Shown here: piece by piece, positions 10,147 through 20,000 of the stretch
Layout of the letters: every line of letters begins with the position of its first letter
Numbering within the stretch: the first letter of the stretch is position 1
Assembly (NCBI GenBank): GCA_022813965.1
Contig: JALDZS010000051.1
Coordinates: 112,943-132,942, forward strand
Direction: 5' to 3'
DNA length: 20,000 nucleotides
DNA from: Toensbergia leucococca
Taxonomy: Eukaryota
Translations under genes and position numbers: made by a program
The notes under the pieces: model-generated
Seen by the model: the letters and a program-made list of their open reading frames with translations, nothing else
The model's database searches: none
Told to the model about the DNA's origin: nothing

Positions 10147-13100
10147 CTAAACCCCACCAAAACTCAGTTTCAGCGCAATACTCGGCTCACCCCGCGCACC
10201 CCCCCTCTCCTCTCCCCTGCCATTCCCGCCCCCACCACCCCCCAAAGCCCCTTCCCTAAGAACCCCCTCCATAAACCCCCTCTCCTCCCCACTCATCCGC
10301 CCCACCACCCCCCGAAAAGTCCCCTGGTCTACACTCGCCAATTCCAGAACCCTAGCCGCCGTCTCCCTCCACACCTCCTTTCCCTCCGCGGCCGCTCGCG
10401 CCAGCAACGTCGGCAGCACGAGACTGAGCGCGGCGGAAACTTGGAGAGTGCCATCTAGAGTGGCAACGAAAGAAGTGACGCAGTGCGCTACCAGGGCTCG
10501 AGCGTTCTCGGGATCGGGTTCCGAGGTGTTGGTAATGAAGCGGAGGAGGCGAGGGAGGAGATAGCGGGCTGTAGCTTCGGTGGTTGGAGATTTTGGGACC
10601 GTGAGGAGTAGGGAGCGGATGCAGCTGGTGGCTACTTTCGCGAGGCCGATGTCTTGGAGGCAGTCGAGCATGGAGTCTAGGAGACGAGTGAGTAGGGGGT
10701 CGGAATGGAGAAAAGTGCTGGAGCCAGTGGTGAGGAGGACGGTGCTTGCTAGGAGGATGTTCTTGGCGCAGAGGAGAGAGGTCTCCGATTCGCGGCGTTG
10801 GGCGTTAGCGAGGATAGATAGAAACCGGTGGAGGCAGCCACGGAGTTGAAGGGTCAGATTTGGGGTTGCTGACGCAGTAGTAGAGGTGATGGTTTGGATG
10901 AAGCGGCGAAAAATGGGAAGGGCTTGGGGAACAATGGAGGATTGGCATACGCCTGTGCTGAGGATTGTGGCAAAGATGTGGAGGATGCTGGCGTATAGAT
11001 CTGTGCGGATGATGCTAGGGAATACTTCAGACGCATCGACTAGAGCTTCGAGGGATAGTCGGATCAGGGGAATGGCTTCATCTGGGATCTGCTGGCGGAC
11101 TGTCGAAGTGGATTCTCTCAGGTTCGGAATGGCGGAGGCCAAGACTAGTACAATGACCTTGGTGAGTTCAAACAGCTGTTCTATATCGTCGGAGAGATGA
11201 TCACCGGCATTATCGTCCTCCTTCGCCGATGAATGGGCCGAGCAAAGATTTCTTACGATATCCACTGTGACAGCCTGTACGTCCTGACCTTCAGTGAGCA
11301 CCAAGCGGTTGAAGACTTCAATGGTTTCTGAAAACACGACATCTTGAAAGATTGCGTTGCCAGACACTGAAGGTCGAAGAATCTTTTTCAGCGCCAAGAG
11401 GATCTCCAAAGTTTGCCCTCTGGCATTGGGTGTATCGTTACTAGGATGTGTGACGAGGGCCTCGATCACGATCCCAAAGAGTACGAAGAAGAAAGCCACC
11501 GGCTCATCCCGGTAATTGATCTCGCTTTCTTTCGTAGAGGCTCCGTCGACCCGGGGTCTATTTGGGTTACCATCAAGGGCGTCAAAAACAAAGTCACTAT
11601 CCTGATCGATCAGGCTCGCAATAGCGTCGACTAGTTTCAGCCATGAATCTTGGTAGAACTTCAGTGAAAGTCAGCTTATTCCACAAAGGACAGCGAAATA
11701 GACAGAGACTACCTTCAGCAAAGTCTGCCGGTTCAGTGCAGCATACATTGTATCGAGACTTTCATCGAGCCTAGCTGGCCCTGCATTACTCGAGATATCA
11801 GGTTCAAACCTTAGGCGTGCAAACTCCTGCAAAGAGGATAGCCATAGAGGAGTGAGTTTTGCAACGTATGGCTCCACGACTTTCACGAGGTAAGTCTGTT
11901 CCACGCTAGCAATTTGAAGCTCAGCCCATGCTGACAAGACTGCCATCTTCACCATAGTCTGAGCATTCGCGCTGAGGCCTCTCAAATCGCCGACGGCAAT
12001 ATCTTGATCACCGCCTTTGAAACTCAGTCACCGTTTTCGCAAAGGGAGGCACATTGAACTCACTGGTAAAGCTATCTAACCCTGCAACTAACAACTTCAG
12101 AATTCTGCCCATACGATCAACGTCAGTCACCAGTCCAGTTGCAATGAATGTAGCGCAAACGCTCACTGCCGCAGAGGCAAGGGCAGGCGAAGAGTCGGCG
12201 CTGAATGCAGGGGTGAGTGCAGAGCTTATCTGAGCCTGATATTGCTCAAGTAGCAGAGCCTCTGCAAAGTCAGGATCAGGGGTATTTCCAAAGATCTAAT
12301 ACTTGTCAACACAATAACATCGATACATCCTACCAAGATCTCTTACCATCAAAACTTGATCTATTATTTTGAGACCAGAAACACATAGCTCAACCACCGA
12401 AGACGTCGAAGCAAGGAACGCCATGCGAATCACATCCGCGATTTTGTGCTGTAGAAAAAGCCCTGCTGACGATTCCGGGTTCGACTCCATGTCGACGCCA
12501 ATGTTTGCAATCATATGACTCAGGCATTTTAAAGCAAAACCTCGGACTTGCCATTTGAGAAGTTCCTGACCAGCATCTGCGATGGCCAAATCTTGCTCTT
12601 TCACATTGCCAGTTGCGAATCCAGCCACCTCCTCGTCTTGAAGATCTGGTGCAGCAGAAGCCTTGGTATCGAGAGGTTGAGAAGTATCATCGACTTTTGC
12701 TGTACTCTTTGTTAGTACTTGTTGGCAGCGCATGATCCATCGCTCCGTCTCGCTGAGACCCGTCTGTTCAATCCAAGTCTCTACAATATTCTGGACACCT
12801 TCTTGGTCAGGGTTCTCGTTCAGTGCCAACCAGATCTGTTCATCTAAGCCTTCCTCTGCGACTTCAAGTACTTGTTCTGAGTCCCGCCGAATGAGACTAT
12901 AAAGACCATCGATAGCAATTTTGCGAACTGCCTCATGAGTAGAACTAATGTCCTTCTGTAGTTGGCGTACGTATCTCGGAATATCAACATGACCAGAAGC
13001 GTATAGATACACATGCTCCCAGCATCTCAGACCCTGCGCCTGTACTATAGGTAGATCATCAACCTCGAATTGCTGTATAAGAGTGAACATCAGTTCTCTG

Positions 13101-16100
13101 GGTTTACTCATGTCTTGCAGATCCGGTCCAAGTACGTTGATGAGAGAATCAACAGTATTAGCGATAGCGGCAGCAGTAGGTAGCTCGACCTCGAAGTTTG
13201 TCGTTGCTAACGAAGCTGACTCCTTGTTGTGCGAATCACTGGTCCAGAGCTGAGCGAGTAGGCCCAAAGTACTTGAGACGTAACCTGAAAACGTGAGGCC
13301 TGAAGACTCAGCAACTTGAGATAGAGCCTCAATAGCCCAGAAGTGTACAGCAGGATGGGGATCACTACACAGTGACATTATAATGCCATGGATCCTTTGC
13401 AGATGGTAGCCTGCTGCCATTCCGCCAACGTGAGAATGTATTGAGCCCAAAGCCATCGCACAACCCGCTCGAGCAATTGGATCTCGATTAGCGACAATCG
13501 TATCGATGAGAAAGTGGACCTCATTTGCCGTGAACAGATTTCCTGAACTGTTACAAAGCCTTCCTAGACCTTCGTAGGCAATATTTCGAATGAATTGGTC
13601 TTGATCGAAAATGAATCCCTGCGAATGTAAGCCTTGATAGAGAGCTGTAAATATTCGGCCTACCTACTCGTAGGAGGCTCCGCAGGCATTTCTCAACTGC
13701 TGGATGTCTTAGGTTACCAGAACCAGCGAGAGTCTCGCCAACAGCGACTTTGAGTGCTCCTAAGAGTGCCATCGCAGTGTTAATGGTGACAGCAGCTTTT
13801 CTGCCTGGGTCTCTGTGTAGACTATTCGATGATATCAAGGTGGAGAGCTGTTCAAGTACGCCCTCCTGGACTCTTGCATCTTGAAGAGGAAGCGTTGACG
13901 CGAATAAAGCAATAGCAGAGTTTACAACTTCTGTAGCTGGTGGATCCGGCAGATCTTCTAAGCCATCTGCTTTTCTTTTATGCAGGTAAACAGCATCGTA
14001 TTCCCTCGCACCACAAATGGGAGAAAGAAGCTAGATTTATTAGAATATCACCATTGAAGGCATGGAGTCCTACACACCGCCTTATCAAAATCTGGAAGAC
14101 TGTTCTTACGAAGAAGCCAATGAGGCCGTTTAGTGACACTTCGTTCTCCTGGGAGAGGCTTGATCTCTAAACCCCGCACAAGCCCTGAAACTCCGAATCC
14201 AGAGTTATCCGCGACGTCCCATATACTTTCAAAATTCCCCGCCGAGTTCGAAATAGAAGAGCCTAATGATCCAGGTGAGTAGCTCTCAGGATCGGCAAAG
14301 AATGTCACGGCCCAAGTGAGAAGGTTGGATTGTGTCAGAATCTCCCCACTTGCCACTGGGCTGAAGTTGACCAGTCTCGTATAACATTGAAGCACTCTTC
14401 GCCGAATCATGACTACAAGATCCTGTAAGAGAAGAGAAGAGCTAATTCTGGTAGAAGTCTCATCAGCTCCCTTTTTGGAGGGTATGTTTTCCAGAAACTC
14501 AATAGTGTTTTGTAGCATTGCTGCAATCCGTTTGGAAACATCCACAGTTACCAGTCTGCTATTGAACTCGAGAAAAGAAAGCATAGAGCCGAGAGCGTAT
14601 TCTCGGATATGTGTGAGGTAGCTTATTTCCACAGACTGTCGACGTCCCGTATTCTCGCGTGTCAAGGGTTTGGGAAGAGCATTTCGCCAGAGTAGCAGAA
14701 GTTGAGATATATGTATCTTCACAAAGTTCGGTCCTAAGGCCATGAGGCCGCCAATAAGAATCCATGCAACCTGGACTTGGATGATGGATGTTCGAAGCTC
14801 GGTGTTGCTGCTTGTCTTTAGCAGCCCTGTTGCTATAGACAGCACACGCGAGCTTATTTCGAGCGAACTGTATAGTGGTCGCAAAGATGAGATACTGAGA
14901 ACGGCTGCGAGGCCATTGGCATATCCCACGCTTCGGCGAGAAGAAGATCTGTCTGGCAACAGATTCAATTCCCTGTTAAGACTATTCATGCAGATTGATG
15001 CACATTGAAGAAGCTGTTGTGGGCATGCCAGTGTAAAAACACGCAGGCAGTATGAGGTGTGTATTTGTACTGTGTAGTTGGGACATCGGATGACTTGCAT
15101 GAGAGCATCCCGACAGCTATCGCCAAGGACATTGAAAGCAGAGCCAAGAGATTGAATTAATGCAGCAAGAGTATCAAGAGCGCCTGTCAAGGTATGCTTA
15201 GACGGTTCTGCTCTTTCAACAATGACCTGAGGATAATTCTTCAATATTTCATTAACCAAAATTCGTGCTGCATTGATCTGCCCAGATTCGCCCAGAATCT
15301 TTGATCCTACAGTACCGGCAAGAATCTCTTGCACGAACTTCCTTGTGAGGAGGAGTCTGTATCGATGATGTGTAATGAGGGGACTGTTCAGAAGATCTAT
15401 CAAGAAATGATCCGCAATTTGACTATAATGAGACTCCACTACAAGGTGATCCAAGCTTAATAGAACCCTCGAATAACAGTATGCAATTGCAGCCCTGGTT
15501 CTGTTACTTGTTGTTGAGCGTACGTATTGTGCCGAGAGCTGCTTAAGAAGGTCTGGGAGAGCAAATTCAAGGCGTGAAGCGTTGATTCTCGGCGTGGAAG
15601 GCGATCTAGGTTGAGAAGAATCGTCGTCACCTTCTCCGAGTGCCATTGACTGCTTTTTGCTCGGTTTTTTGGATTTCTTGATCTTTGGGGCAGACTTTTC
15701 TAAAGCTGTCTCGGAGTACAACTTGACCAGTATTGAGGCCAGGCATACAGCGGCTGCACGCCGAGCCACCGGAGCAGGGCTGTCGCATGTTTTCCATATT
15801 GTAGACTTCAAAGTGTCATAGTCACTGATATTGTCGAAGTACACAGTACCTTTTATGAGCTGTTCTAGACATTCGCAGGCATTCGCCTGAGCTAAAGCTG
15901 CCTTGTCCCCCGAGGCTGTGCCTCTTGCGTGCTTCCATATGTCCCTTGCAGCAGTCTCATCCACTGCTCCCTGTATACATCCTATGACTTTGCCGAGTGC
16001 CTTGAAGATAGCCGCTCGAAGGCCGGAGTGATCCTGCGCAGATTTCAAGAGGCGAATCGAGCTTGAGCAGACCAAGCTTGATAGACTAATTGCACTGTCT

Positions 16101-16537
16101 CCAGCAACCTTGAAGATATCCCCTAGGCAGCACACTGCCGCGTGTCTATTCGGGAGGTCTTTCTCATTCTTTCCAGCGTTGACAACAGCGAGTAACTCGT
16201 TGATTGACTCATATAAAGATTTGCGATCGCCCTTGCCAAATATGGTCACAAAACACCGGCCAAGGCTGTTTCGGATGACTCTCGTAGGTGCTGGAGATGA
16301 AAGACTGATTATCTGGTGTAGCTCCCTCTTCAAATGTATTTGCTGGGCGCAAAGGCTGTCGTAGTCTAAGGATTTGATATGCTTTTCAAGGTTCGAGGTG
16401 AAGGTGAAGAGATAGAGGTCTTGCTGCTCAGAAGAGAGCGAATGCAGCTTTGGGACATCGAGTTGGAGGGTGGAGTCAGCACCATTGTTTGTAGCATTAC
16501 CGTTCGTAGTAGGAGAAAGCTCTTGGGTACCTGACAT
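10147..16537 (-). CDS. LAA1: HEAT-repeat AP-1 accessory protein (HEATR5/Laa1/Sip1). Exons 16537-14078, 14030-13668, 13618-12347, 12295-12064, 12014-11713, 11658-10147; 2046 aa
   Basis: Five 47-54 nt introns (14077-14031, 13667-13619, 12346-12296, 12063-12015, 11712-11659) join the five minus-strand ORFs into one frame of 6141 nt. Family motifs: QVAWILIGGLMALGPNFVKIH, ALGSIHSHVGGMAAG, PDPDFAEALLLEQYQAQ, FYQDSWL, C-terminal PSIALKLSFG. Confidence 0.93.
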
Positions 16538-16696
16538 GAATCCAGGTCACTGCAAGCTGCCCTGCGAATATCATGTACATGTGGTAGAGCGGTTTCGTGC
16601 GTGGTGTGGTCTAGATTGGGGCATTTATGTTTGCCGAGACAAATATTTGATCTTCAGTCACACTCACACCTTCCTTCTTTCCACTGCATACTTTAC
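16538..16696. promoter_or_regulatory. Probable bidirectional promoter/5' UTR region shared by LAA1 and TACO1
   Basis: Only 159 bp separate the divergent start codons; a CT-rich tract (~16650-16695) precedes the TACO1 ATG. Inferred from gene geometry. Confidence 0.6.
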
Positions 16697-17765
16697 ATGG
16701 CAACAGTACCCCGAGGGTTTCATATACTCCCTCGTAGTGGACGCCGGTGTATCGCTTCCTCGGCTTTTCTTTGCTCTGGCCACAATAGATGGTCTAAGGT
16801 TCGTTGATCCACGTCGGGGGTGGAACGTAGTCTAATCTTTGAAACAGATTAAACATGACAAAGGCAAAGAAGATGCGGCCAAGACCAAAGTGCGATCTAC
16901 TTGGTCATTGAGCTTGATGCAGGCTTCAAAAGACCATGGACCAGATCCCAACTCAAACGCCAGACTTGCTACTTTGATTGCTGGGGCGAAAAAGTCGGGG
17001 TTTCCTAAATCGTCCATAGAAAATGCAATTGCTCGGGGTCAGGGTCTCTCCCCCACTGGCGCTGCTCTGGAGATGGTCACGGTTGAGGCTATGCTGTCAT
17101 CAATGGCGGTCATTATTGAATGCCAGACGGTACTCTATGATTTCACCTGCGGAATTTTCTGTTCCAGTCAAATATTGATCGTGGTAATCGCAGGACTCTA
17201 AAGCGAGAACTTTACAAGATTTACGGTAAATTCACCTCAATCAGAATCAGCAAGCTAGGTACCTGACATGGTTTAGGAACTTGATCAAGGAATGCGGAGG
17301 GTGAGCGATCTAGATGAAATCTACTCCAGGAAGCTCTCCATCTAACGTGCTTCAGATCTGTTACGCCAACTAACCACCTTTTCGAAAGAAGGGGCAAAAT
17401 CATACTTGAGAAAGCTGAAGGGGTTGAGGAGGAAGAAATGTTTGATCAAGCCATCGAAGCTGGTGCTGTCGATGTTGACGTGGGAGATGATGCCCGAATA
17501 CTCATCTTCAGTGAACCACACCAGACCGCAGCAACTGCTGCAGCGATGAGAGCCTCGGGACACGAAATAGAGAGCTCCGAGATAATCTGGACTCCCAAGG
17601 TGGAAGTAAAGGTGGACACAAAATCTGCTAATACTCTTGCCAGCTTTATTGGTATGTACCCACATCGTTTGTCATCCTCTCCGCTCACTTCAGAGCTTAC
17701 GAATAGTGTCAGGCAAGCTCCAAGATGATCCAAGCGTGCAGAATGTGTTTGCAAACACTAGCTAA
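16697..17765 (+). CDS. TACO1: TACO1/YebC (DUF28) family mitochondrial translation factor. Exons 16697-16798, 16848-17129, 17194-17225, 17277-17300, 17356-17651, 17713-17765; 262 aa
   Basis: Presequence followed by SGHNRWSK|IKHDK, GPDPNSNARL, PKSSIENAIARG, IECQT|DSKARTLQDLR, LFERRGKI, AIEAGAVD and DDPSVQNVFAN. Five GT-AG introns of 49-64 nt give a continuous 789-nt frame. Confidence 0.92.
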
Positions 17766-19160
17766 ACATAAACCAATCAAATAAAGCTGAGAAGTTTTCA
17801 AATACTTTCAGCCGCTTGCAAAGCCATTTCAATATGCAACGAAAAACGTTTGCTTATAGATGATACATGCTTTCATTAGCCAAGAGAAACAATTCTTATC
17901 GCTATAAGCATCATCTACACAGCCTTCTTACTCTATACGAGTCTAGTTTGTCTAAGTATTTTACCTGGCTTAAATCATTGTTCAACCCTACCCCATTCGG
18001 ATATTATCCAGACATCTCCAGTCTACGCCAAAACCGAAATGAAGGCTCCATGGAGAACTTTGTCTCATGAGATATTTGGTTTCCAAGTGCTGATTCCGTC
18101 TAATTCGAACAAATATTTTAACTCGCCCGTTACTCTCTGATGAATCAAGCCCGCCGTTGAAGATATTTCTCCTGCTATCATCTCGTTCAAACCCACTGAA
18201 TAACACACATGAGCATCGGCTCAAAAGTTAATTCCATTCTTTCCACGGAGAATAATTCAAACATTTCATCAACAAATACCTCATGGCCAAATACAGACAC
18301 AAATTAATAGCCTGTGTTGCCATTCTCGAATCGCCCGGAGATACTGCAGGAAACGTTTGTCGCGTATAACCTTCTTAATGCTACCTAAACTCCCCTGGAT
18401 GCGGATCTCTCAATTTCCGTTCGCTATTGGTCTGCGGAGCATTAAAAACTACCTGTAGAGCCGCTGTCGACTCCTTAGCACAACATCATTGGCTCGTTCA
18501 AAATCACAGACACACAAACGTCGTTACATGCTACCCACGTTCCTTTTTCCTGCTACGGTGACAGGTCTCATAGTCACGGACTTGGAGCATGCACGGAACG
18601 ATTCTACGAACTCTTGCAAACCTTCGACATTTTCTTTCATTTCCGTATCAAATGGCTGGATTATGAGAAATCCCAATTGCTATAGTTGGTTTGGATGCTA
18701 AAGCTTTGGAGCTTGGTCCATCCGCTGTGTACTTATACGTTTCGAAGAAAGACTTCTCTTAGATTTTATGGCTGACCCATATTGAAGAAGTGGTAATTAG
18801 GGCATTCCCTTTTCCGAGGCCCATCACGAGTCGTGTTTTAGTCAACCCAACATTTGTGTCAAGTAAGAAAAATAACCACGTGTTCAATTACCTTATTCAG
18901 AGAGCATGAGAGCCTAATTATCTAGAGCTTCAGCTTCTGATTATTTTATTTTATCATTGCTTTCCCCGATGTAAACGATCTGTGATGTGAAATCCGATTC
19001 ATACAGAGGTTCAATGTACCTATCGCTGGGATGAAGGACACATACCGTCAGCTTACCAGAGAATATTGATCATCCATCGTCCATCCTCGGAAGCTTTGTG
19101 AAATCTCCAAAGTGTGGTTTCCTCTAGTCACGACTGCATACCATTGATAAGACTGCCAAA

Positions 19161-19397
19161 ATGACCGCCCGAAGGCAGACAGGAGCAGAAAAGGCAGTAC
19201 TAGTGATTCGTGAGGTTGCTCTCAACCTAGACAAGGTAGGACCATCCATCGACACCGAGTACCAGACACATATTGATGCTCTGTTCTTTGAAGAAGAGAA
19301 AGAGGAAGTATCAATCAGACTCCAAGACCCGACGAGCAAAATGGCGAAAAAGGACGGTATCGATCAACACTACGACAATTTCTGGGCCAGACGATGA
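19161..19397 (+). CDS. Hypothetical small protein or gene fragment (78 aa)
   Basis: ATG in good context (GCCAAAATG) and a charged, protein-like sequence; no family recognised. Confidence 0.25.
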   Translation: MTARRQTGAEKAVLVIREVALNLDKVGPSIDTEYQTHIDALFFEEEKEEVSIRLQDPTSKMAKKDGIDQHYDNFWARR

Positions 19398-19410
19398 TAT
19401 CTCTAGCACA

Positions 19411-19857
19411 TCACATGTCGAAAGCATTATTCCGGATCGAAAAATGACATTGAAGCTCCCTGTTGAACTGATGCGCAAAATGTAAGCTTATTAAAGAGTA
19501 CCAGTACGCACTTGGGTTGATCGATCCATTACTAGATTCGGATACCTGGATATCGTATCGCTGTGGAGGTGCGGTGAGCTGGACTCGTACTTGAGAAAAG
19601 TTGCGGAATCAATACCAGAATATCGTGAACTGCAGATGATTACTAGAGCCGTTTTCGAATACGATCACATTCCGTTTGAGGATTGGTCTTGTAGCTGTGA
19701 AGATGATACCTTTGTAGAGTTGATGGGTTGTCTGGTAGATATTTTCCATCCTTGAAAGATATCGGTGGTTTAACTGATGGTTTTGTTTGCGGGAGAACTC
19801 TCTAGCTTGGTTGACAGCCCCGGGTTTGGTAGGCCGTCTCGGGTCAGACGATGGCAT
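19411..19857 (-). CDS. Hypothetical small spliced gene or interrupted ORF
   Basis: ATG in good context (CACATCATG) and an 82-codon ORF. A plausible 55-nt intron GTATTG..GCTCAC..CACAG (19615-19561) removes its stop. No family recognised. Confidence 0.25.
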
Positions 19858-20000
19858 GATGTGGTCAAGAGGGTGTTGATGTTATCTAGTAATCACGAAT
19901 ACCATGGAAAGGTGAGGGGAAAGTGAGGAGTCTGCCGAGGGGAAATCCCCTCATATGTTTCCATCTGGCTTGTGATTTCATTGGGAGTTAGGTATATAGA

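Noticed and set aside
10147..16537. Five separate minus-strand ORFs as distinct genes or a fragmented pseudogene
   Set aside because: All join in frame through canonical short introns into one LAA1 gene.
16470..16835. 121-aa plus-strand ORF spanning the LAA1/TACO1 promoter
   Set aside because: GTG start, out of frame with TACO1, no recognisable features.
1..20000. Transposon, CRISPR array, tRNA/rRNA, or prokaryotic operon/defence system
   Set aside because: No transposase/RT motifs, terminal repeats, repeat-spacer arrays or RNA-gene signatures were seen; the DNA is spliceosomal-intron-containing eukaryotic sequence.

Overview
Gene-dense, intron-containing nuclear DNA of a filamentous ascomycete (Pezizomycotina; lichen-forming Lecanoromycetes is possible but cannot be proven from sequence). 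After hand-splicing short GT-AG introns, eight genes can be supported. They are: the 5' end of a DHA2-like MFS transporter (-, running off the left edge and missed by the ORF track), a Cyc2-like FAD/NAD(P)H oxidoreductase (-), a LAT/APC amino-acid permease (+), the mitochondrial HemK/Mtq1 methyltransferase (-), COG1 (+), a DUF1640/CCDC90 mitochondrial protein (+), the ~2046-aa HEATR5/Laa1 protein (-) and TACO1/YebC (+). The last ~2.2 kb has no recognisable gene, only short or interrupted ORFs. I found no mobile element, RNA gene or CRISPR array, and no demonstrably new biological system. The most unusual signal is a repeated, mirror-like C-rich/G-rich strand-skew architecture centred on both convergent gene junctions. 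Lesser oddities are the alternation of mitochondrial and membrane/traffic genes in tight divergent pairs, upstream ATGs, and the candidate orphan or decayed genes at the right end.
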